From: Eremomyces bilateralis CBS 781.70
Lineage: Eukaryota
Length of the DNA stretch: 64,000 nucleotides
Direction: 5' to 3' (one strand)
Assembly (NCBI GenBank): GCA_010015585.1
Contig: ML975150.1
Notes under the pieces: generated by a model
What the model was told of the DNA's origin: nothing
Seen by the model: only the letters and a program-made list of their open reading frames with translations
Databases searched by the model: none
In this document: positions 1 to 10,352 of the stretch, in pieces
Numbering within the stretch: position 1 is the stretch's first letter
Layout: each line of letters opens with the position of its first letter
Made by a program: the position numbers and the translations under genes

Positions 1-2048
1 TAGGCTATGAGATTGGCGCATCGAAAGCATAGGGCATGGAAGTCGTTGAGGCACCTCATTGTGTAGGTTGAACGACGGAGGATACCCACCACATCGGCGT
101 TGAGGTTATTCATCATTAGAATGGAGAATGGGTCAGTAGGGTGTGATATCTAGGGTATTCAATGCCCGACATCACCGATTTTACTGTAAGTTCCACTATA
201 AAATGTTAGTGTGCTACTACTCGTAACTTGTCAGACGGTGTGGTTTTGTGATCTATCTGCTCTGAATATCGTTAGGACAAGATTTCGAGTTATTCTTTCA
301 CCCCCAAATGTTTAGAACGGACTTTTCATGCAGCCCTAGTCCATCCAACCTCCTCACGAGTCATTGAGAATGCGGTATTCCACAATGGGCATTCCAACCA
401 TGGAGTTGGCCAAAGTCCACCACTAAAGCCCCAGGACAGGAGTATTTCATACCTCGATCGGGAATGCATTTTACATTGTGTTCAGCTCCGTTCGCGGGCG
501 GTTCGCCCCCTCCGAACGATCGGCAGAAAGATCGACAGTATGTTGCCAAGTCCCAGCACCGATCCGCGATGAGGAAGACATCGAGTCCGAATGGCACCAC
601 GTACGTACAGAAGTTTAGCAGCGTTAGGGTAATGCAGTCATAGCCTCGCAGGCGTTCCAACAAGAAAAAGCATGTATACAGTACCATCCCATTCACACCA
701 GGGCACCCGGTGCAATAGACCACCTACTGTCAGCCGCAGGAGAGTCCTGAACCCAACGAGCCTGTTTGTAGACAACCGAGTCGAAGGCAGTGATGACATA
801 AGCATATTCGAGAAGGGCGATGTTTGTGGATGATGATCAATGGTGTCGTGTCTAGGGGGTGGATGTGGATAGGGTTACATCACTCATGATCTCACATTCA
901 GACAAGTTCGGTAGACCTGGTGAGATTCGATATACTTTGAAGCATTGGAATCTAAGTGGTACAAATGGCTTATGTGTGAAAGGTGTGAAAAGTGTGAAGG
1001 GTGAGGAGAGCGGGTGTTGGGCGCGTCTTGAAACCCGACCGAATCAACGGATCGGGCCAGGCTGGGGCGAAGGCGTGAAGGATGATGAGATGGAGACGAA
1101 TCAATGGATCAAATGAATGGTGGATGCAGTGGACTGTTCATTTCTTATTTTCCTTGGGGCTGTTGGTGGTTGGCGAGGATGAATTGAAAATGAATTGAAA
1201 ACGGACTTGCTAGAGTTGACACTGTGATACTCCCATAGTTACCTATCTCCCAATTATTACCATATTGCCTTCTCGCTCCCTCGATTGCCCTCTTTCTCCC
1301 CTAAGGGATCTCCGGCTTTCGCCCCTCTAGAAGTTGAGGTCTTTAAGCCCAGCACTTTAATAATAATACTGCATTTGAGTCATTCCGCTCTGACACGCCT
1401 GTGTTTCCAAACTCTTGCTGAAGACGTAATACTGGTATTCGGTAACTACGGAGGAACCGACAAAGTATTAATCGCTCCTACGACGAGTGCTACGCCGCGA
1501 CGCTTTCATCTTATCCCTACATTAATTACCCAACCAATCCCAAGGAAGTGTCATTACTTTGGAGTCTAGTTAGCCGTACCGGTGTACTGCTAATTATCGC
1601 TTGCTCGTTGGAAGACTTGGAACGTGCTGCTTGTCCCCTCCACCCGTCCTACTACTCATCACTTGCCGTATCCTGGTTTCCAACTTACCTACGTACCAGC
1701 TCCAGCGTTTACGACGAACCTCCATCTTTTCCTTCGCTTCATCTTTACTCCTCGTGCTCGACTGCCTACTTCTATCCCTCTCCGCACGCCGAGACTTGCT
1801 GGTATCGTCGCCTACCATTCGTTTCAGCCTTCTCCGACTTGTCCTTGTTCATCTGACGCCCACCTGAACCTCCCGACAACGATCCACGTATCTTGCCTCC
1901 CTGCCGATTCAGCAGGTTTGCTCAGTAACGAGAAACCCACACCCCAAGACTTATCGTCCGAAAGCGCTGCTGCCTATCATTGGATTCAACGTCAACATTC
2001 TCTACCCGGGTTGAAAGCATCGCGCCAACGTTCAAGATTGCCCATCGA

Positions 2049-2084
2049 ATGCCCACTCGGCCAGACCGTCGAGTTCAAGACTAA
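2049..2084 (+). promoter_or_regulatory. Single upstream ORF (MPTRPDRRVQD*) in the putative long 5' leader of MKK1
   Basis: The only + strand ATG I find between 1193 and 2500; it is followed by TAA at 2082-2084. The transcription start site is unknown. Confidence 0.35.
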
Positions 2085-2500
2085 GAAGATTGCCATTCTC
2101 ACAACCCGACGGCATCGACCTACGGATAAGTGATCCAGGATATCAAGCTCGCCGTTGTGGTGGTTGACTCGACCGCTTCGGACGATATCCATCACCCCGG
2201 AGGTTGGGCTGCCATACAATCCTAACCCAAACGCAGCGACGTGGTGCATTCTAGAAGTTAATCAAGTGTCACTGCCGGCCTGGTCCATAAATCCCTGAAG
2301 CTAGATTACAAACCTCCAGATCGGACCCTCAATCACCCTCGTTGGACTTGATCCATCCGGGATCTCATCATCCTGCGTCGGTCGGTGGCACCCTCGTGCT
2401 ACCTATCATCTTCCTCCTTTATATCCTTCACCGCTTCCTAAGCATATCCCCGATCCACAGACCGCTCATCAATAATCCCCTCCGCCCGAACTTGATCACA

Positions 2501-4055
2501 ATGTCTTCCCCCGCCCCACTTCTCCGACCTCCCATCCCCGGCGCTCGAAGCAATAGCGCATCGAGACCACCACGACTTGGCCTTGCGATACCCCCCTCAC
2601 CCAATGTACGACCAGTTGTAAATGGCTCGACGAGCATCCCGGAGCTACCCAAACTTTCCACATCCGAACCACCTGGTCTCCGACTAAACACACCCATGGG
2701 AACCAATGCTACTCCACAAGAAGGCGCTCGTCCGCAACGGAGACGACCGCCACTGCTCATTCCGGGTATATCGGCAGGTGGGTCGAGTGATACGAGTGAT
2801 CTATCAGGAAGTGTGGGGGGTGAATCACAAATGGGTCTGCCTACTTCGGCCACGTCAATGGCAGACTACGCTGCTGCCATTCGAAAAGAACCAATATCTG
2901 CCGGTTCCTCATACTCTGGGGATGGGAAGGAAGGGGGCGCCCCCATGGAGCGAGAGAATAGTGTCAGCGCCTTGCTACCGGACCTGGAAGCCTTGAGCTT
3001 GGAGAAAGGGAGACCGCTGGACGTGGACGATTTGGATGATGCTAGCTGGAAAGCTGCTAGTAGGGATGGCCGTATTGAAGAACTCGGGAGCTTAGGAGAA
3101 GGTGCTGGCGGGGCCGTGACGAGATGCAAAGTGAGAGGGGGAAAAACGGTGTTTGCACTGAAGGTATGGTGTCGGTTGATTTCATTGTTTTCTGACGAAG
3201 AACTAACTCCGGAAGATCATCACCACCAACCCGGACCCCGATGTCAAGAAGCAGATCGTGCGAGAGTTAAGCTTCAACAAGCAATGTGCGTCGGACCATA
3301 TCTGTCGATACTACGGCGCTTTCATGGACGATAGCTCCGGGACCATCAGCATTGCTATGGAATACTGCGAGGGTGGCTCTCTTGACAGCATCTACCGTGA
3401 AGTCAAAGGCCTGGGCGGACGAACCGGAGAAAAGGTCCTCGGAAAGGTCGCTGAAGGAGTACTCAAGGGTCTGACCTACCTCCATGAGCATCGTATCATC
3501 CATCGCGACATCAAACCCTCGAACATTCTGTTGTGCCGCGACGGCCAAACGAAACTTTGCGATTTTGGGGTTTCTGGGGAGTTCGGAACCAAAGGCGATG
3601 CGAATACGTTCATTGGAACAAGTTATTATATGGCCCCTGAAAGGATCACTGGCCAGTCATATACCATCACTAGCGATGTGTGGAGCACGGGAGTTACTCT
3701 ACTGGAAGTTGCTCAACACCGATTCCCATTCCCGGCCGACGGAACCGAAATGCAACCTCGAGCTGGCCTGATCGACCTTCTCACCTACATCGTTCGACAA
3801 CCGATTCCGGTCCTGAAGGATGAACCGGAGAGCGGCATCAAGTGGAGCGGGAATTTCAAATATTTTATCGAGTGCTGGTAAGTACACAAACCGATTACTT
3901 GGTTGATATGCTAATGCCATGTTAGTCTCGAGAAGGACCCAGCCCGACGAGCTACACCATGGAAAATGCTTGACCATCCATGGATGGAAGAGATGAAAGC
4001 AAAGAAGGTCAATATGGAACACTTCTTGCGACAGGTGTGGGATTGGAAGGATTAA
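2501..4055 (+). CDS. MKK1: MAP kinase kinase of the cell-wall-integrity pathway (Mkk1/Pek1/MkkA); exons 2501-3163, 3216-3877, 3926-4055
   Basis: STE7-family kinase motifs [27 protein letters not shown], activation loop [19 protein letters not shown]-terminus [19 protein letters not shown]; Pro/Arg-rich N-terminus; GT-AG introns with CTAAC/CTAAT branch points. Confidence 0.93.
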
Positions 4056-4721
4056 GCAAGGTTGAATGACCGCAAGTCGACCAGCGACTTTGAGTGCCTC
4101 AGGGTGCCTTTCATTCCAAGGCACTCTGCTGTAGAACAGAGGAATCACCGCGCCGCGGGCAACTTTGGGAATATAAGAGGTATATTACGCCGTCGGGCGA
4201 CATGTATGCTCTGCAAGGGGGAAAGGATTCATGGATGCCACTTGGTCTATCTGCTGGCATTAGATGGAGCGACCGTAAGATAGGTCTACTGGTGTTTTTG
4301 GTAAGAGACGAAGCATCATGTCATCACATAAACCATACCCAAGCGAATGGAATCGTCTAAGGAAGCATCAGCACTCCACATGTGGTAACGTGAACAAGAA
4401 GCCAGCAGTGACTATGCTGAATAATACGCTTATACGCGTACCTGCTGTCACTACCTTACCGTGCTTACCTCCTAGATCTTCAACGCTCAACCTCATCCAG
4501 TTCGCCCACAGTCCGCTGTCCTTCGCCACTTGATACACGGCAGATAGCACGGGTAGCACGTGATTAGTGTGGCAAGTCCGAGTATCACGTGACCCTGGAT
4601 GTTTCGTGACTGCGCTGAGATTCTTTTGACACTGCATCCACGACATTTGTCTAGTTACTTTTCGCTTTATTGAAACTCGATATTCAACGGATCCTAAGTT
4701 CATCCAAGAAATCGCTTCAAA

Positions 4722-6773
4722 ATGGCGTGGCGCAACCAAGGAATCACTGGTTCCAACAACATCCCGTTAGGAAATCGCCGCCGTTTTGGCGATGGTGATG
4801 GGCCGCAAGATGGCTTCACGCCATCGGAGACTGGGAGTCCAGCCCCAGACCTGAAGCGTGGACGCAGTCCAATTCGAGGTAAGCATCAAACAAGATGACA
4901 ACACTACTTGCGAATCCTAACTTTTATCGCAGAGTTGAACCCCGACGGCACGAAGAAGCGAAAGAAGCGAAACCGATGGGGCGATGCGACAGAGAACAAG
5001 GCCGCGGGTCTCATGGGATTGCCGACAGCTATCATGGCCAATATGACTACTGAACAGCTGGAGGCTTATATCGTCCATCTGCGCATCCAGGAGATCAGCG
5101 AGAAGCTGCGGATTAACGATGTTGTCCCAGCTGAAGGCGACAGGTGAGTGCCCGTTTTCCGTCTCATCTCCGGTAGCTAACCTCGAGCATAGATCTCCAT
5201 CCCCTCCTCCACAATACGACAACTTCGGCCGTCGCGTGAATACTCGAGAATACCGTTACCGAAAGCGTTTGGAAGATGAGCGGCACAAGCTCGTCGAGAA
5301 AGCGATGAAGATGATCCCAAACTATCATCCACCATCTGACTACAGACGGCCTACCAAGACCCAGGAGAAGGTCTATGTGCCTGTTAACGATTATCCAGAG
5401 ATTAACTTCAGTATGATTGCTAACCCTCGATTTCTAACCCATAACTACCCAATTTCTGTATCTTGTAGCTTCCATGCACCTCGTAGGGTCATGGACAAGT
5501 TGCGCTTGATTTCTCTAACTTTGCTTTCATTTGCGTCATCTTGCAGATACTAACACTTAGACTTTTTCCTACTAACAGTTGGACTACTTATCGGACCACG
5601 TGGAAATACTCTAAAAAAGATGGAAACCGAATCTGGCGCAAAGATCGCCATCCGTGGCAAAGGATCTGTCAAGGAAGGAAAAGGTCGATCTGACGCGGCT
5701 CACTCCAGCAACCAGGAAGAAGATTTGCATTGCTTAATCATGGCCGATTCGGAGGACAAGGTGATTAAGGCGAAGAAGCTCATCCATAACGTTATTGAAA
5801 CGGTACGTTACTCCTCCCTCGTTGAGACATCGAAACTGACAGGCATAGGCCGCTTCCATCCCAGAAGGACAGAACGAATTGAAGCGGAATCAACTTCGCG
5901 AACTCGCAGCCCTCAACGGTACTTTGCGAGACGATGAAAATCAGGCCTGCCAGAATTGTACGTCTCCATTTTCCATCATAGCTTTCTTTCTAACAAATTA
6001 CAGGCGGCGAGATCGGTCACCGAAAATACGACTGCCCTCAACAACGGAATTTCACCACAAATATCATCTGCCGAATCTGCGGTAATGCAGGCCACATGGC
6101 ACGAGATTGTCCCGATCGTCAACGAGGTACCAATTGGCGGAACGATGACCGAGGTCCTCGCCCAGCTGGCAGGATCGGAGCTGGAGATGCTGTGGATCGC
6201 GAATACGAATCCCTCATGCAAGAGCTGTCGGGTGGTGCCGCATCCAGCGGTGCCCAGCAAAGGATCGAGTACAATGATGAGGGTTACGGTGCTGCAGCTG
6301 GTGGCGAAAATCTCAAGCCCTGGCAACGTGGTCCAACTGGGGCTCCCGCGCCATGGCAGCAACGAGACAACGATCGCGGTGCCTCAGGATCGGCTCCCGC
6401 GCCATGGGCTGCTGGTGGAAGCGGTAATCGAACAAACGACAGCTACGGATATGGCCAGCAGCAGGGATATGGTGCCCCTCCGGCTCCATCTGGGGCTGCA
6501 CCTTGGCAGCAGGCAGCGCCTCCCGCTCAAGCTTCAGGTTACGGGTATGGATACCCTGCCGGTGGTTATGGTGCGCCTGGTGCACCTGGTGCGCCACCTG
6601 CGCCGGGCATGTATCCTGGGTATGGTGATAGTGCGGCTCCTCCACCTCCACCTCCGACTGATGCTGCTCCTCCTCCAGTAAGTAACTGACGATTGTCCAT
6701 TTTGTTTTACCATCATCTGACAAGCTCTCAGCCACCGAACGAGCAACCTCCTCCACCTCCCCCTGGCGCTTGA
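4722..6773 (+). CDS. MSL5: Branchpoint-bridging protein BBP/SF1 (KH-QUA2 domain, two CCHC zinc knuckles, Pro-rich tail); exons 4722-4878, 4933-5143, 5193-5410, 5579-5802, 5849-5957, 6004-6677, 6732-6773
   Basis: [10 protein letters not shown] (U2AF-ligand motif), [32 protein letters not shown] (KH GxxG loop), [16 protein letters not shown] (QUA2), [14 protein letters not shown] and [14 protein letters not shown] knuckles. Confidence 0.96.
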
Positions 6774-7123
6774 AGTTCCGCGCAGTTGCCCGGTCCTTAC
6801 GTGCAAGGGGTTCAGTGTCCTTCGAGACACCTCCGTGTTTCGAGGAGAGGAGAATTGAGGTCTTCACCCAGGCCTGGTTGGTGCGTGTCCGTTCGTATGC
6901 CGGGTTTTTTACCCAGGCGTTTCCTGGCGATGGTATTGAATGTATTCTAGAAAATTGCATACCTGATTTGTAGATTCATTCCAAATCTGGGCATGCATAA
7001 GTTGTGTTTCAGACTAACGTTAAAGGAAGACTATTCGACTTCCTCAGGGGCAGTAAATATCAAGACGGATTGCTGCATCCGGGGTATAAAAAGTTGATTG
7101 CCTTTTGCCTTCGACGTACACCC

Positions 7124-7271
7124 CCAGCCTATTAAAACGGAGAATCGAATCAGCTCCCTAAATTAAAAAGAATATAAAGGGGGATCTCTGTCTTTAAGAA
7201 AGGTAATAGGGCGCAAAAGCCGGCAACGATTGAGGGTCCTCGACGCCCTGGGGGTATACTTCAGGACCATC
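7124..7271 (+). repeat. Dispersed degenerate repeat, copy A (copy B at 20625-20764)
   Basis: Two colinear blocks align by eye: ccagcctattaaaacggagaatcgaatcagctccctaaatt vs ccagccgactgaaagggagtatcgtatcggcttgctaaatt, and ggcaacgattgagggtcctcgacgccctgggggt vs ggcaacgattgagcgttctcgacccactgggggt. Confidence 0.75.
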
Positions 7272-7635
7272 AACAGGAGGCGGAAGCACGCGACGATTCA
7301 GAGTCCTTGACGCCATGAGATTATGCTTCGGGGGGATCAATTTCTTCCTCCATATGCTGCGTTGGGTCACATGTGTTGGAATGTAATTAGTTTCATTTCA
7401 TCCGTTATGACTTTGCCTTCAATCATTTCACTATTTCACCATTTCACCCAGTTTCGCCGCTCTTGTTACTTTTCCTTCGCTCCTGTTTTCTCCCTCATCC
7501 TTAATCAACATCCCGTACAGCAACATCACGCTTCCTGGGGATACACCGCGTCCATTTCTGTAAGTACTTACGAATCTCAAATTAGATATGCATCTCTTTC
7601 AACAGTGAGCAGCAACAAGTTCGTCGATGCAGACA

Positions 7636-8576
7636 ATGGAGTCGATGACAATGAACAACGCCGAAATCGAGCAACTCTCTGTCACGTAGGTGAAGAAGGT
7701 CAGGTATCCAACGTCAACTTGACAAGGCGATCTGGGCTTTCGAGAAGGAGAAGCTAGAAGTACGGGCATCCAATGCCGAGCAGGAACTCGCTCAGCTACT
7801 TTGGAGGGACCACAATCAATACTCCGAACTCGACCCCAGTCTCGGTCATCTACAAAACTGCTTGGCCATTGAGAAGAAACGCATAGATGGTTAAAGAGGG
7901 TCTCCGAGATGAAGGCGACCTATAAGCAGGAGATAGCTTCTCTCCGGGATGAGATCCAGAAACTACGCGAAGAGGTGGATGCTCTCCAAGGCGAGATTTA
8001 TCAGCCTCGCGGGTTGGCTCCCTTCTTGTGCTCCCAGGAGCCGTCCGCCTCTATCCTGGAAGCTTCAGCATCTTCCTCGGCGGTTGGTCCCGCTCCGACC
8101 CCTCCTGCTCCTCCTGCTCCCTCACACCTAATTCTGGCGTTCCCACTCCCCCTGTCGCTCAGCCTACTCCTATGATACCCCCGCCCACTCTGCTCTATCC
8201 ACTTCCCCCATCAACATGACGCAGGATGTACGCAAATGTCCTGGTCAAGTCCCTTTGCCCCTGCAATATGCTGGACCACGCTTGTGGCGGGATTGGCTGC
8301 ACACTACGCCATTTTTGTCCCTGGGGGTGGTTTCAATCCCAGAGCGCCTACTAGAATTGCAGGTCCTACCCCGGTGTGAAGTCACGGGGAATTTGCCCGA
8401 AGGATCACTCGGTCATGCCGATATGTGATGATTCTCTCTGGGTCAAGTTTAACTATCCTAAGGAAGAGGCATGTGGTCAATGCTCGAAGATGCACATCGA
8501 GCACCAGTGGGAGGAAACGGTGAAATACCTGAGATGGTTGTCATCAAGCCATGATCTCAATACGGCTTGCTATTAA
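7636..8576 (+). pseudogene. Probable pseudogene: coiled coil, Pro-rich linker, Cys/His-rich C-terminus
   Basis: Protein-like segments (IQRQLDKAIWAFEKEKLEVRASNAEQELAQLL; MKATYKQEIASLRDEIQKLREEVDALQGEI; CPCNMLDHACGGIGCTLRHFCPW...ICPKDHSVMPIC...CGQCSKMH) are split by in-frame stops and frameshifts. Confidence 0.45.
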
Positions 8577-9396
8577 TCGAGCTGGTTGCATCTCTTTATC
8601 TGAGATGGACGGTCATCCACATATCGCCTCAATTCGGCATGCTCTTCTGCTAGGTGTCGATCATTTCATCATTCCGCGTCTAAAAGTATAGATAGAACCA
8701 TCAATATCAACACAACTTGCTGTTGTGCTCTGCTGTCCACTTGATGAAATAACACCCACTATATTACCAATACATGGTGATCCCGTAGTATGCGTGTGAC
8801 GACTCTACCAATCTCTGGGAGACCATCGTTCTGAAAGTTTTGACTTGTAGCGCCAACATCTCCATCCAACAGATGCTGAACCACAACTCACTCCATACAA
8901 GTAGAACCCGGTCCAGAGTTGGCGTGGACGATATGGACGGTCAACATGGTCAGTTGAAGTGCTGACGTGCCTTCTGTACGTCGCTACAGATGGCTTCATG
9001 CTCTGGGTTGCACTGCTGCCAAGTCAGGGGCTCCAGAGGTGTGGTGTTCCAGCAAACTCCAAGCAGTAGCTGCCAACCTGGGTTTATGTTGTGGCGCAGA
9101 CCATCTGCTCCCGCCTCACTGCAGCTCTACAGTACTCCCAACTCCCGCCCTTGCGTAACCTAGGTAGTGAAACGCCTACATATAGTCCATACACTAATCG
9201 CCAATACACTGCATCATGTTTCTCTATTGTTCAATACCTGCCACACCGTCTACATCAATGTAGTCGGGTGCTGGGTACCAGGAGTTGTTTTCAGTTTCCT
9301 TCTGTCTTTCATTTCTGTTTCAGTTTGGTGGGGTAAGGCCGCAAGGCTACAGAGCTACAAGACGCCAAGGCCATAAGACTACAGGGTTCCCCTCCC

Positions 9397-10088
9397 TTAC
9401 CTCAGCAAGCTCAGGCTATTTGTGGTCGTGCCTGAGGCAACAAACCACACTATACCTAATCGGTCAATGCAGTTCTCGAACAAATAGCCTGAGGATTCTG
9501 TCAATGGTTCACACTGACTGTTCGATAATTTTCATGTGTTTTTCACGATTTTGGAAACCTCACTTTTGCATATTCTTCAATAACAACACAAGGACTTATT
9601 ATAATTACCCTTAAATTCACTGGGCTGTGCAGCAAGATATACTTTATCTAGAATTTGAATTTTTTCCACTCCGGATGCTTGTGGCTTGCAAAAAATGCTG
9701 ATATGTAAGGAACCAAATTGCATCAGAATCGTCAACCAACCACCGCAGTTCGAGTACCAGTTCGTAGCTATTCTCTGCTCTCTGGAGACGTTGGGTTCAG
9801 TCGTACGCTGCGCCGAGAGGAGATTCGATCTGAAATCGTCCAAATTTCACTGGGTTGTCAAGAAACGATAGAAGATTCGATTGAACGTGTCAATTTTACT
9901 GTGTGATAGCTCGTTGTGGAGGAAAACGAGGTTGAAGTGATTAAATTGCTCTCATACAAACAATCTCGACTCAGGCCGAAAATCAATGACAGGATCCTCA
10001 GGCTATTTGGTAGAGGACCATACCAATTAGGTATAGCGCGGTCCGTTGCCTCAGGCACTACCACAATGGCCTGAGCTTGCTGAGGTAA
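9397..10088. mobile_element. Non-autonomous TIR DNA transposon (692 bp; ~110-bp TIRs; 8-bp TSD CCCCTCCC); MULE-like or hAT-like
   Basis: The left end TTACCTCAGCAAGCTCAGGCTATTTGTGG... is the reverse complement of the right end ...CCACAATGGCCTGAGCTTGCTGAGGTAA, and homology continues to ~9510/~9978. Identical CCCCTCCC flanks at 9389-9396 and 10089-10096. Confidence 0.88.
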
Positions 10089-10207
10089 CCCCTCCCAACC
10101 ACATTCCCACGTGACTCCCTATTCTCGACTAGTTTCGTAATTTCGTCTCTTCAACACAACACAGTTATTCGTTGATTAATTTTGTTCTGAAAATTGATAT
10201 ATATCAA

Positions 10208-10322
10208 GCATCAGTGGTGTAATGGTAACATTTCAGCCTTCCATTACGTAAGCTAATCAGGCAGCAACCTGAAAGCGACGAAAAGATAGCTGGGGCTTCG
10301 GGTTCGATTCCCGGCTGATGCA
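10208..10322 (+). tRNA. tRNA-Gly(UCC) with a ~44-nt intron (10244-10287)
   Basis: Acceptor stem GCATCAG/CTGATGC plus A discriminator; A box TGGTGTAATGG; anticodon stem TCAGC/GCTGG with CT-TCC-A loop interrupted at 37/38; B box GGTTCGATTCC. Confidence 0.93.
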
Positions 10323-10332
10323 TAGGATTTCC

Positions 10333-10352
10333 TTTTTTGGATTTCCCTTTTT
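10333..10352 (+). terminator. RNA polymerase III oligo-dT terminator(s) of the tRNA gene
   Basis: A T6 run and a T5 run lie just downstream of the tRNA 3' end. Confidence 0.7.

Noticed and set aside
1..1120. ORFs at 361-723 (-) and 859-1116 (+)
   Set aside because: Non-ATG starts, atypical composition and no motifs.
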